Assembly: GCA_050246315.1 (NCBI GenBank)
Contig: JBFWWG010000012.1
Location: 54,543-118,542 of the forward strand
From: Nitrospiraceae bacterium
GTDB taxonomy: Bacteria > Nitrospirota > Nitrospiria > Nitrospirales > Nitrospiraceae
DNA length: 64,000 bases
Direction of reading: 5' to 3'
The notes below the pieces were generated by a model, which did not search any database, was not told the DNA's origin, and was given only the letters and a program-made list of their open reading frames with translations. Position numbers and translations under genes: made by a program. Below are positions 50,351 to 60,583 of the stretch, one piece after another; position 1 is the stretch's first letter, and each line of letters opens with the position of its first letter.

Positions 50351-50971
50351 GTGACCAAGAACGAGCAGACCACTCGGCAGATCGACGTCCTTGCTATCGG
50401 ATTGTTCGGACTCGCCGTCGCCGCACTGACCCTGGGCATCGCGCAACTCGGAGGCATTCCTGACCGGGATCAGATCGGCACGCTGGTGATCGCCCTAGCT
50501 TTCGGAGGAATTGTTCAGATTCTCGCCGGGATTACCGACATTCGATATCACGAACAGCTTGGCGGCACCGCACTGACCATGTACGGCTTTTTCTGGACCA
50601 CGATCTGCACGGCAAAATTGGTCGGCGAGAGCACCTCGTTTCACTTCGACCAAGTTTTATATGCACCGATTAACATGGTCTATGCGGTCTTCTCCGTGGT
50701 CATGGTCTATCTTACCGCCTACCGGAACACCACCCTCAGCCTTCTCCACGCCATCATCGCCGCCACGTTTGTGGTCACCTCGCTGGAACGGCTCGACATG
50801 ATCAGTGAAACCTTGCCTGGCGTCGGCCATGTCTTGGTGGGTCTCCTCGCATTCTACTATGCGGTCGCCAGCCTCACCCAGGCTTTTACCGGCGAACCCC
50901 TCCTCCCGCTCGGACCACCGCTCTTGGCCAAGCCGGTCGTCATTCGAATGAGCGAGGCGAGCGCGCTGTGA
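50351..50971 (+). CDS. GPR1/FUN34/YaaH (SatP-like) acetate transporter
   Basis: About six TM helices; AIGLFGLA, FGGIVQILAGI, YGFFW. Confidence 0.85.
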   Translation: MTKNEQTTRQIDVLAIGLFGLAVAALTLGIAQLGGIPDRDQIGTLVIALAFGGIVQILAGITDIRYHEQLGGTALTMYGFFWTTICTAKLVGESTSFHFDQVLYAPINMVYAVFSVVMVYLTAYRNTTLSLLHAIIAATFVVTSLERLDMISETLPGVGHVLVGLLAFYYAVASLTQAFTGEPLLPLGPPLLAKPVVIRMSEASAL

Positions 50972-51152
50972 TACCGGTCGTTGAGACGGCTTTCGCCTTG
51001 AAAGTTGCCCATGAAAAGATCGGAGCGGACCGGGGACCTCGGCTTAGAGCAAGACCGGCGCCCAGAGATAAGGCGTTCCATGAACGGCGCTTCCTCGGCA
51101 AATGGCCGGTTGATCTGACACTGGCTCGAATGTCACGTACGGTGGCACCGGA

Positions 51153-51641
51153 TCAGTAATCGACGAGGTGATGCTGTGTTTCCTCATGCTCGACTGCGCG
51201 GCGGAGCCGGTTGATCCCCTCTCGGCAATAGCCCAAGCGCAACCAGCGACAGTTGCCACAGATAGCAGGTAACTCGTCGCCGTCGATCGAATTGCGAATC
51301 CGATCGAGGAGGTCTCCCCACCGCAACCGATCGCCCACGTTCAGTCCGAGCCTTCGCATGACGACGTGATCCTGCTCTATCATCACCTCCTCCGATCGCT
51401 CGCCATTGGCCCTGCATCCAGTAGGTTGCCGGTGAGGGCACGCTGCACAGATCACGTCGGGGGCCGCGATGACCTCAATCTGACTGCCGTGAGACTGTGT
51501 CAGCGCCTGATGGATCGCCGCCATATTGGCGACGAATTCGGGACTATACCCTTCCCCGCGAAACCCTTGCAGGCACAACAGCGTGTGGCCACGGAGGCGG
51601 ATCGGAGGGGATGGATCGCGAGGTTGGTGAAGCTCGGCCAT
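51153..51641 (-). CDS. DUF1284-like Cys/His-rich protein
   Basis: LRGHTLLCLQGFRGEGYSPEFVANM, DVICAACP, CGNCRW...C. Confidence 0.85.
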   Translation of the reverse strand: MAELHQPRDPSPPIRLRGHTLLCLQGFRGEGYSPEFVANMAAIHQALTQSHGSQIEVIAAPDVICAACPHRQPTGCRANGERSEEVMIEQDHVVMRRLGLNVGDRLRWGDLLDRIRNSIDGDELPAICGNCRWLRLGYCREGINRLRRAVEHEETQHHLVDY

Positions 51642-51780
51642 GGGAAAGCCCGGCAGATGGATAGACTGTGTCACCGGCGGTGAGCCAAGTCAACCACCGA
51701 CGCCGGCATCCTGACTGATGCGCATCTTTCAATCCATGCTTGTTGCCATGGCACAGATGGGGTACGGTCGGAGATGAACC

Positions 51781-53433
51781 ATGTCCGAAATTTATCCAGA
51801 CAGTCCTTGGTGGCAATCGGCCATCGTCTATCAGATCTATCCCTGGTCGTTTCAGGATTCCAACGGAGACGGGATCGGCGATCTGCCTGGGATCATCAGC
51901 CGGCTCGATTATCTCAAGGGGAGGCCCGACTCACTTGGCATCGACGCGATCTGGCTGTCTCCGCTCTACCCCTCCCCCATGCACGACTTCGGCTATGACG
52001 TGATGGACTTTTGCAACATCGATTCCCGTTTCGGGACGCTGGCGGACTTCGACCGTCTCGTGGCGGAAGCCCATCGCCGCGGCATCCGCGTCGTCATGGA
52101 TCTCGTCCTCAATCACTCATCCGATCAGCATCCGTGGTTCATCGAATCGCGATCATCACGAACGTCTTCGAAGCGCAACTGGTATTACTGGGCCGATGGC
52201 AAAGCAGGACATCGGCCTCCCAACAACTGGGCCGCTCGCTTCGGAGGATCGGCCTGGACCAGGGATCCGCACACAGGTCAATACTATCTGCATTCGTTCC
52301 TGCCGGAGCAGCCCGATCTGAACTGGACCAATCCAGCCGTGCGCGACGCGCTCATCGACGTGGTTCGATTCTGGCTCACGCGAGGCGTGGACGGCTTCCG
52401 GCTCGATGCGATCAACTGGCTTGGAAAAGACACCCGTTGGCCGGACAATCCTCGCCGGCTGGCCTGGCGCAGCTATTATCGCCAGGTACACCGCTACGAC
52501 CGCGACCAACCCCAAGCCCATGAGGTCCTACGAGCCCTCCGGGCTGTCGTCAAAGATTGGCCCAAGACGGTGCTCGTCGGCGAGGCTTCATCCGACACCC
52601 CTGGCGGACCTGCCACATTCTATGGGACCGGCACGGACGAACTTCATGAAGTGTTCGATTTCCGCCTCCTGCGGTCACCATGGCGAGCGGACCGGTTTCG
52701 CCGTTTGATCCTGGAGAGCGACCAGGCCGTGCCTCGCGGCGGCTGGCCGCCGATCGTGTTCAGCAACCACGATCAATCCCGGCACATCGACCGGTACGGC
52801 AAGGGAGGAGATCCCGTCCGACGCGCAAGGGCCGCCGCCCTGCTGCTTTTCGCGCTTCGCGGTACGCCGTTTCTCTATTACGGAGAAGAATTGGGCCTGC
52901 GGGATGGACGACTCCGACGGTCGGACCTGCGTGATCCCTACACCATCCGGTACTGGCCGTGGAAAACCGGACGGGACCCGGCGAGAACCCCGATGCCCTG
53001 GGAGGATTCTCCTCAGGCCGGCTTCACGACCGGCACGCCCTGGCTGCCCCTGTCATCGGAGTGGCGGCAGACGAACGTGGCCCGCGAACAGCAGGAGGCC
53101 GGCTCAATGCTGTCGCTCTACAAGCGGCTCATCCGATTGAAGAAGGGCTCGCGGGCGCTGACTGTTGGAACGTACGAGCCGATCGACGGCGGTCCGAACC
53201 AATGTGTGCTGTACCAGCGGGTATTCCGAGCCGAAAATCAATCGGAAGCGATGCTGATCGCCGTCAATTTCAGTCCTCGATCGCTGACTGTGATGCTTCC
53301 AACAACGATCACGACGCGTGGCCGTACCGGAACGCTGATGCTCTCTACCGATCCGAAACGAGGCGAGGAACGGTGGACCGCCGACCGATTTCCGCTCGGC
53401 CCGGACGAAGGCATCGTGGTTCGGCTGGAGTAG
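51781..53433 (+). CDS. GH13 alpha-glucosidase
   Basis: YQIYPWSFQDSNGDGIGDL, DLVLNHSS, GVDGFRLDAI, SNHD, RDPARTPM. Confidence 0.93.
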   Translation: MSEIYPDSPWWQSAIVYQIYPWSFQDSNGDGIGDLPGIISRLDYLKGRPDSLGIDAIWLSPLYPSPMHDFGYDVMDFCNIDSRFGTLADFDRLVAEAHRRGIRVVMDLVLNHSSDQHPWFIESRSSRTSSKRNWYYWADGKAGHRPPNNWAARFGGSAWTRDPHTGQYYLHSFLPEQPDLNWTNPAVRDALIDVVRFWLTRGVDGFRLDAINWLGKDTRWPDNPRRLAWRSYYRQVHRYDRDQPQAHEVLRALRAVVKDWPKTVLVGEASSDTPGGPATFYGTGTDELHEVFDFRLLRSPWRADRFRRLILESDQAVPRGGWPPIVFSNHDQSRHIDRYGKGGDPVRRARAAALLLFALRGTPFLYYGEELGLRDGRLRRSDLRDPYTIRYWPWKTGRDPARTPMPWEDSPQAGFTTGTPWLPLSSEWRQTNVAREQQEAGSMLSLYKRLIRLKKGSRALTVGTYEPIDGGPNQCVLYQRVFRAENQSEAMLIAVNFSPRSLTVMLPTTITTRGRTGTLMLSTDPKRGEERWTADRFPLGPDEGIVVRLE

Positions 53434-53524
53434 TGCCTTTCTGACCCTGGCGTGAAAGAACCGAACGGAAAGGACGGAAAGGAGAATGTTTCTCCGATCT
53501 TAGCAATATGGTCGCTTCTGTCCT

Positions 53525-53929
53525 CTACTCCGCCGGCAGGGTTCTCAGAAAATCCACGAGACGCACAATTGGAATCTCTTCGAAGTGCTTGAGCGCGAGC
53601 AAACGGCGATCTCCTGTCACAATGAGATCCGCATCTGCGGTCACGGCACACTCCAGGATGCGGTTGTCGGGGACATCCGCCAGCACCGCCACCTTGCGGG
53701 ATGGCCAAACAATGGTGGCTGCCCGACCAATCACTTTTAGGGCTTCGATGACGTCCTGTTCTGATTGGTCGAACTTGGTGCGGAGAATGCGGGCAGTCTC
53801 GGTGAGAATAGGAACGGAGCTATAGAGTTCGACTTTGCGGCGTTGTGCGAGGAGCAGTGCTTGCTCGCCTTGACTTCCAGGCACGAGGAACGCGGACACG
53901 AACACATTCGTGTCAAGGACCACCTTCAT
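53525..53929 (-). CDS. PIN-domain toxin of a TA pair
   Basis: VVLDTNVFVSA, DNRILECA, IVTGDRRLL; start overlaps the antitoxin stop. Confidence 0.9.
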   Translation of the reverse strand: MKVVLDTNVFVSAFLVPGSQGEQALLLAQRRKVELYSSVPILTETARILRTKFDQSEQDVIEALKVIGRAATIVWPSRKVAVLADVPDNRILECAVTADADLIVTGDRRLLALKHFEEIPIVRLVDFLRTLPAE

Positions 53930-54174
53930 CAGCGGTCTTCAAACACGATTCGTTCCACCTCCTCTTCGGTCAACACACCGGTCTTGCGGGCACGGCGAGT
54001 CATCTTCCGCTGAAGCGTGAAGAACTCTTGCTCCTCACGCTCCGCCTTGTATGTGTTCACCATACGACGGAACAGGTCACTCTTCGTCGTGCCTTCACGC
54101 TCGGCAAGCCTCTCGTACTCTCGGGCCAGGGCCGGACTGACCGAAAACCCCAGGATCGCAGTTCGCCTTGCCAT
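53929..54174 (-). CDS. Ribbon-helix-helix (CopG-like) antitoxin
   Basis: ILGFSVSPALAREYERLAEREGTTKSDLFRRM, directly upstream of the PIN gene. Confidence 0.88.
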   Translation of the reverse strand: MARRTAILGFSVSPALAREYERLAEREGTTKSDLFRRMVNTYKAEREEQEFFTLQRKMTRRARKTGVLTEEEVERIVFEDR

Positions 54175-54313
54175 GGGCCACCTCTGTGAGTTTAACCAAG
54201 TTAAACTCTATCATAATCGCCACCGGTGGGCAAACACTGGAACCTCACGTGCCGGGAGCGGCCAGTAAGCCGGTGCCATGAGGTAGCCTCTTGATGCCGA
54301 TCCGTGTCCTGCT

Positions 54314-54338
54314 AATGTGTTGATGCAAGGCCTGACCC
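54314..54338 (-). repeat. GGGTCAGG(C/T)CTTG motif, copy 1
   Basis: Minus strand GGGTCAGGCCTTGCATCAACACAT; 22/24 identical to 62473-62496. Confidence 0.7.
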
Positions 54339-54743
54339 TCTACTTCTGTGCTCTACTTCTGTGGGTGAGAGTTTCCCGTTCGCACCCCTGAATCCCCTTA
54401 ATGAGCATGAAGCCAACCGTGATCAAGACATGAAATAATTCCTTGCTCATGCACACCTCCCCTACCCTTTCACCCGCTACATCGATGTCCCAGTATGACT
54501 GACAGGTTCCTCCCATGCCAACAGACCTGTTGCCTCGTAGCATCATGGATTCTGATCGATTATGCTTCATGACCTAGGTGAGTCAAGCCCACCATCCAGA
54601 CTGAGTCAACCTCTGCCGCGTGCAAGGGTTTCGTTCTTCCGTAACCTGTGCGCGTCCTTGACCACCTACGCGACGAGTGGTAGCCTCGGTCCGCCTGGTC
54701 GCCCAAGCGCAGCGGAGATCCTTTTCCCAGACGGACATACGCG

Positions 54744-56249
54744 ATGAATCGTCCTCTTCTGAGCCTCCTATGCATCTGCATTTCGCTGTTGCTGTCTGTC
54801 ACCGCGTCTGGTCAGCACCTGCCGGAGGAGCACGACCTGACGCCTTCCATTATTCTCAAGCCATGGACGGGCGACCTCGACGGGATGGTCGAACGCCGTG
54901 TCATTCGTGCGTTGGTGGCACCATCCCGCACGTCGTACTGGCTCACCGGCGCGAGGCAAACCGGCGCCGAATATGAACTCCTCAAGGCATTCCAGGAAGA
55001 CATCAACCGTCGTTACAAGACACAGGGCAAGCACATCCTCGTCCATGTGGTCTTTATCCCCACGACCCGCGACCAGCTAATCCCGAGCCTCTTGGAGGGA
55101 CGTGGCGATATCGCAGCCGGCATTTTGACCGTCACACCGGAACGTCTCGAGCAAGTGGATTTCGGCGAGCCCTTCTTCCGTGGAGTGAAGGAGATCGCCG
55201 TGACCGGACCTGCATCGCCCCCACTCACATCCGTCGAGGATCTCTCAGGCAAAGAGGTGTTTGCCCGCAAATCATCAAGCTACTGGACTCACCTTGAACA
55301 TCTCAACGAGCGGTTCGCTCACGAGCACAAACCACCGGTACGGCTCAAGGCCGCGCCGGAGGATCTGCAGGATGACGACCTCCTGGAAATGGTCAATGCG
55401 GGGCTCGTTGAAATCATCGTCGTGGACCGCTACCAAGCCCTCCTTTGGGCAAAGGTCTTTAAGAAGCTCAAGCCGCACAATGATGTCGTCGTCAACGCAG
55501 GCGGCGACTTGGCCTGGATGATCCGTAAGGATAGTCCGAAGTTGAAAGCGGAGATCGCCGAGTTTGCCAAAAAGCATGGCCAGAAATCAGACTTTGGAAA
55601 GACCTTAATCAAGAAATACGGCGGCGATGGCAATCCACGAGTCGTAAAACAGGCCACATCGGCCGGCGAGATCAAGAAATTCCAGAATACAGTCGAGTTC
55701 TTTCGGAAATACGGTGCCCAGTACGACATGGACTACCTCTTGATGGTCGCCCAGGGGTACCAGGAGTCCTTGCTCGATCAGAATGCCAGAAGCAGCGTCG
55801 GCGCAATCGGAATCATGCAGTTGATGCCCGCGACCGGCAACGAGATGCAGACCGGCGACATTACACAGCTCGAACCGAACATTCACGCCGGCATCAAGTA
55901 CATCCGCTTGCTCCGCGACCAATTCTTTGAAAACCAGCCCATGGATACGCGGAATAAGATCCTGTTCTCGTTCGCCGCCTACAACGCCGGACCAGGTCGC
56001 ATTCAGAAACTCCGGAAGGAAGCCGCACAACGCGGCCTCAATCCGAACGTCTGGTTTAACAACGTCGAGATCATCGCGGCGCGACGAATCGGTGAGGAAA
56101 CGGTCACCTACGTGGCCAACATCTACAAGTACTACATCGCCTATAGGCTGGTCGAAGAGCAGCGAGCCGAGAAGGAGAAAGCCCGTCACGAACTGCTCCA
56201 GAGCGTTTCGAAACCTCAGTCACCTTCCACGCATTCCGGCCAGCCGTGA
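54744..56249 (+). CDS. MltF-like lytic transglycosylase (substrate-binding + SLT domains)
   Basis: Signal peptide, SBP3-like domain, YQES, GAIGIMQLMPATG, AAYNAGPG, ETVTYV. Confidence 0.9.
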   Translation: MNRPLLSLLCICISLLLSVTASGQHLPEEHDLTPSIILKPWTGDLDGMVERRVIRALVAPSRTSYWLTGARQTGAEYELLKAFQEDINRRYKTQGKHILVHVVFIPTTRDQLIPSLLEGRGDIAAGILTVTPERLEQVDFGEPFFRGVKEIAVTGPASPPLTSVEDLSGKEVFARKSSSYWTHLEHLNERFAHEHKPPVRLKAAPEDLQDDDLLEMVNAGLVEIIVVDRYQALLWAKVFKKLKPHNDVVVNAGGDLAWMIRKDSPKLKAEIAEFAKKHGQKSDFGKTLIKKYGGDGNPRVVKQATSAGEIKKFQNTVEFFRKYGAQYDMDYLLMVAQGYQESLLDQNARSSVGAIGIMQLMPATGNEMQTGDITQLEPNIHAGIKYIRLLRDQFFENQPMDTRNKILFSFAAYNAGPGRIQKLRKEAAQRGLNPNVWFNNVEIIAARRIGEETVTYVANIYKYYIAYRLVEEQRAEKEKARHELLQSVSKPQSPSTHSGQP

Positions 56250-56598
56250 AGCGTCAGAAGATCAGGATCGTCCATACCCGCTTCTTCTTCGCAGTCATCC
56301 AGGCCCATCGAGTCCATCCCGGCGCTCCAGCCGGCGGCCACTGACTTGGCCGCCGGCTGGTCATCCGTCCATGCTGGAAACACATTCGCTCACTCGATCG
56401 CGGAAGAGCGGATGTACGAGGCGCTCTTCTCGCGTTTCCCTGGAGGGTCGGAGGTGCCGGTTAGGGATGGATCATGTATGCGCCAAAGCCTACGTATTTA
56501 TTCATTGCCCTCAAACTGGATGATAGAGTAGACTCCTCTCGCCGTAGCACGCGCTGACAAGCGTACAATCATCTCATCGTTGCTGAGGAGGCCTCGTT

Positions 56599-58704
56599 AT
56601 GGCAGACGGATGGCGTAAGTGGCGATCTCGGATTGTCCGGAACGGGATGCTCGCGGCGACCCTCGCCCTGACGTTGATGAATACGACCGGAGCGACAGGT
56701 AGCCGCATTCCGACCATTGACGGGCTGGTGTCGAGCCAGGGTGTCGGTTTGGCCGGTTATCGCGTGACGCTGTACGCGAGTTACGGCGCTCGTCACGGGC
56801 GCTACGAGGCCCTCGGCTCAGACACAACCGACCAACATGGTCGTTTCCAAATCCACTTTTTCGAGTATTTTGGTCATCACGATTCCGAACATTCCGACAC
56901 CCACAGCGAATCGAACCACAGATCGAAGCCCGTGCTGTTTGTCATCGCGAAAAAAGGTCCCGTCACGCTCGCAAGCGCCATCGGAATCGGCGACAGTGTT
57001 CCCGACCACGTGTCAGTGAACGAACGGACCACGGTGGCCGTCGGGAACGCCTTCGCGCAATTCGTGAACCGGGACGAGGTTAGAGGTAACGTTTACGGCA
57101 TCCGCAATGCCGTGCAAATGGCGGCGAACCTGGCGAACCCGGAGACGGGAGCGATCGGAGTTGTCCTCGATTCGTCCCCGAATGGCATCGAAACCTCGAC
57201 GCTTCGCACCTTCAACTCGCTGGCGAATGTGGTGGCCGGCTGCGTCGCCGATGCCCGCATCTGCGCCGAACTCTTTGACGCCACGACTCGACCAGGGGGC
57301 TCACCGCCAAGGAATGTGCTGCAGGCGCTGGCGAATCTCGTGAAAGATCCCTCCTACCCCGGATACCCAACGGATGCGGATGATCCGATCTTCCTCCTTT
57401 CTCAAGCCACGCCGATCTACCAGCCGGCGCTCGAGCACCGACCGACGAACTGGCTGCTATTCCTCAAAATTACCGGCGGATTCTATAGCGAGCAGGACAG
57501 CGACAATCTCATGAACGGGCCGGGCAACTTCGCGATCGATCGGAAGGGCTTCGTCTGGGCGAACGACAATGCCGTACCTCAACCACGTGATCAGTACGCC
57601 TGCGCAGGACGCCGACTGCTCAAGTTCTACCCCTGGGGTCAACCCTTCCCCGGCTCACCCTACATCGGCGGCGGTCTGAGCGGCGCCGGTTACGGGATCA
57701 CGCTCGATCCCAACGGCAGGGTCTGGATCGGCAATTTTGGCTTCCAGGATCCGCCCTGCGCGCTGCTTCCCGATGCTGCCACACATGACAGCGTCTCGGT
57801 CTTCCGTCCGGACGGCCGGCCCATCACGGGTGTGGGAGGTTTTACGAACGGCGATATTTCGTGGCCGCAGGGCACGGTATCCGATCGCGAGGGGAATATC
57901 TGGATCGCCAACTGCGGCAACGACTCGGTCACGAAAATCCCGAAAGGCGATCACACTCGGGCTTTCAACATTCCGTTAGGCCCTACACCACCCGCCCGCG
58001 ATCCGCAAATGAAGCCGTTCGGGGCCGTCGTCGATCTGGATGGAAACGTCTGGATCAACAACAACCGGAGCAACACCATTTCGATCGTTTCTCCAAGGGG
58101 CCAGCTCATCGAGACCTTACCGGGTCTCGTGCATGGTAAGACGGTGCTCAGCCATCCTGTGGGCAACGCGGCCGACAGCAAAGGCAATATCTGGGTTGCG
58201 AATTCCGATTGGCTTGATTCCCCTTGTCCGACCAGGGGGAATCTCGGCTCCGCCGAAAATCCGTCGATCACCCTGTACCAGATGGCAACGCGGCAACCCT
58301 ATCCAGGATCGCCGTTCACCGGAGGAGGCCTCACGCTTCCCTGGGGAATCGCGGTTGACGGCAACGATACGGTCTGGGTGTTCAACTTCGGCGTCGAGCC
58401 TGTCCTGACACCCACGGAGATTCCGACAGGGATCAGCCGATTCTGCGGGATGACCACGCACAAATGTCCGAGAGGTCTGAAGGTGGGAGACCCGATCTCT
58501 CCGTACACCGGCTATCGCAGCGATGCACTGGAGCGGATCACGGGAGGCCAGATCGATCCGTCGGGGAACATCTGGTTGACCAACAACTGGAAACGGGATG
58601 CCAATCCCGTTCAAAACCCGTTCGGCAACGCTATCGTGATCGCGATCGGCGCCGCCGGCCCGATCAACACGCCGCTGATCGGGCCACCAATCCCGTTTCA
58701 GTGA
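56599..58704 (+). CDS. Secreted NHL-repeat beta-propeller protein
   Basis: Signal peptide; repeated P.G.A.D..GN.W..N units. Confidence 0.85.
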   Translation: MADGWRKWRSRIVRNGMLAATLALTLMNTTGATGSRIPTIDGLVSSQGVGLAGYRVTLYASYGARHGRYEALGSDTTDQHGRFQIHFFEYFGHHDSEHSDTHSESNHRSKPVLFVIAKKGPVTLASAIGIGDSVPDHVSVNERTTVAVGNAFAQFVNRDEVRGNVYGIRNAVQMAANLANPETGAIGVVLDSSPNGIETSTLRTFNSLANVVAGCVADARICAELFDATTRPGGSPPRNVLQALANLVKDPSYPGYPTDADDPIFLLSQATPIYQPALEHRPTNWLLFLKITGGFYSEQDSDNLMNGPGNFAIDRKGFVWANDNAVPQPRDQYACAGRRLLKFYPWGQPFPGSPYIGGGLSGAGYGITLDPNGRVWIGNFGFQDPPCALLPDAATHDSVSVFRPDGRPITGVGGFTNGDISWPQGTVSDREGNIWIANCGNDSVTKIPKGDHTRAFNIPLGPTPPARDPQMKPFGAVVDLDGNVWINNNRSNTISIVSPRGQLIETLPGLVHGKTVLSHPVGNAADSKGNIWVANSDWLDSPCPTRGNLGSAENPSITLYQMATRQPYPGSPFTGGGLTLPWGIAVDGNDTVWVFNFGVEPVLTPTEIPTGISRFCGMTTHKCPRGLKVGDPISPYTGYRSDALERITGGQIDPSGNIWLTNNWKRDANPVQNPFGNAIVIAIGAAGPINTPLIGPPIPFQ

Positions 58705-58885
58705 ATCCGATCAATTTGGGGTCTACCGGGGCGAAGGAGTCGGGGGAGTCAGCAACGATTTTGTCCGGGGCTACCCCTTGTCGGGGACTTCGATGTAATT
58801 GGCCTTTGGATGAGGAGAAACAAGTGTGCTGTAAAGGTACGCCGCCGGTGCAGACTGGACACCGATGACTGACGGCCGGTGCGCA

Positions 58886-59368
58886 TTAACCTCCCATACA
58901 ATCCGTACCTCGATCGAGGCGATAGACGTGCGCCGCGGTCAATCCCAGTACCTGATCGCGTTCCCCAGGCGGCCGCCGCGCGAAGAGACGCTTCATTTCC
59001 AGCCGGACAGACGCGTAGCCGCCGCCCAAGTTGGAAACCGGCCAATCGCTGCCCCACATCAGCCGCCCGGCGCCGAATGCGTCAAGGGCATGATCGACAT
59101 GGCGCGAGAGATCATCGGCGGTCCAACCTGCCTGGGCCGCCGTGTCGAGGCCCGATATTTTGGCGAAGACATTCGGAACCCCGGCCGCGCGAGTGATCCA
59201 AGATGCCCAGGGTTCCCATTCGCGTGCCGCGATCGGAGGTTTGGCCAAATGGTCGATGATCAACCTGAGACCCGGCGCTTTCGCCGCGATCGTGGGAACG
59301 TGTTCGAGATGACGAGGGAGAATGGCGACCAGATCGAACGTCAGGCGCCGCGCCGCGAGCAGCCTCAA
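58886..59368 (-). pseudogene. C-terminal fragment of an amidohydrolase_2 (lactonase-like) gene
   Basis: IIDHLAKP, NVFAKISGL and RLMWGSDWPV are present; the N-terminal HxH half is absent. Confidence 0.8.
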
Positions 59369-59949
59369 TCATTCCAACACAGCCGGACACACGATCCAAT
59401 TCCGCAAGGCGAAATCCTCGTCTCGACCTTCACAGCCGGCATGCATCCCAAGCAGCCGATGGAGGGCCAGATCATGCCGGTCATCTTCAGGTGGCAACTG
59501 GGCATCGAGAGCAACGCCTTCGCCAAGTCTGCGCTGGGCCAACTGAATCTTGAGAATTTTGGGTCGCCTGGGTACGGGGCAATCAGATGAAGACCGATCT
59601 CTTCGCGCGAGATTGGGGTCTTGGTGGTGTGATCAACCAGCCCATCGCGGAGGTCCAAGAGCGATTTCTGGTTCCGGACATCGATCCTGCCATGCCGCCG
59701 CGCCTCCTGATCCGGCCTCACCCTCGGCCTGATCAATTCCGCAGGCCTTTTGACTTTCTAGTCCCGACTCCGGCAGGCCGTATGGTGAGGACTTGGGATG
59801 TGTGCTTTCATTGTCAGGAATCTACGATAGTGGCCCGTTCGCTTCGACTAGGACGAATGGCCGCCCGTGCAGGTGCCATCGGAGTGCACGGCCTTTGATC
59901 TCTTTGAGTCGATGACCAGTATGCCGAGGCCGCACAGATATCGGCGCAG

Positions 59950-60265
59950 CGTTTGCTCGCCCTGACTGCCAGGCACGAGGAACACGGACACGAACACATG
60001 CGTGTCGAACACCACCTTCATCAGCGGTCCTTAAACGCGATTCGTTCCACCTCCGCTTCGGTCCACATGCCGGTCTTGCGGACACGGCGAGCCAGCTTTC
60101 GCTGAAGCGCGAAGAACACTGCTCCTCACAATCCGCCTTGAATATGGTCACCATACGTCGGAACAGGTCACTCTTCATCGTGCCTTCACGCTCGGCAAGC
60201 CTCTCGTACTTTCGCGCCAGGGCCGGACTGACCGCGAATCCCAGGATCGCAGTTCTCCCTGCCAT
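59950..60265 (-). pseudogene. Decayed second copy of the RHH-PIN TA pair
   Basis: Paralog of ~53860-54174. The antitoxin is frameshifted near 60120; the PIN gene (ATG 60021, MKVVFDTHVFVSVFLVPGSQGEQ) loses homology after ~23 codons. Confidence 0.88.
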
Positions 60266-60407
60266 GAACCACCTCTATGAGTGTTCCCGAGCTAAGCTCT
60301 ATCATCACCGCAATCGGGCGATTAAACGCTGGAATCTCATGTGCTCCGCGCCGTCAGCTTGGCCGCTGCCATGAAGTAGCCTATTGATACAGGCCCGTGC
60401 CCTGCCC

Positions 60408-60431
60408 ATATGTTAATACAAGACCTGACCC
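60408..60431 (-). repeat. GGGTCAGG(C/T)CTTG motif, copy 2
   Basis: Minus strand GGGTCAGGTCTTGTATTAACATAT; 20/24 identical to 62473-62496. Confidence 0.65.
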
Positions 60432-60583
60432 TTCACTTTCACTTGTGACCTTGTGCCGCTTAATTGCCTTCTATTCTACGATGAGGAGAAGTTGCCGCAT
60501 CGCGGGTTGCACGGCCCGCTAGCCCTCTGTATGATGTCACCGTGCGACTGTTCCCCTGGTTGTTACAGAACTGAGACCTATCG

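Noticed and set aside
59380..59720. Possible plus-strand gene fragment
   Set aside because: Looks partly coding but is split across frames and cannot be assigned to a family.
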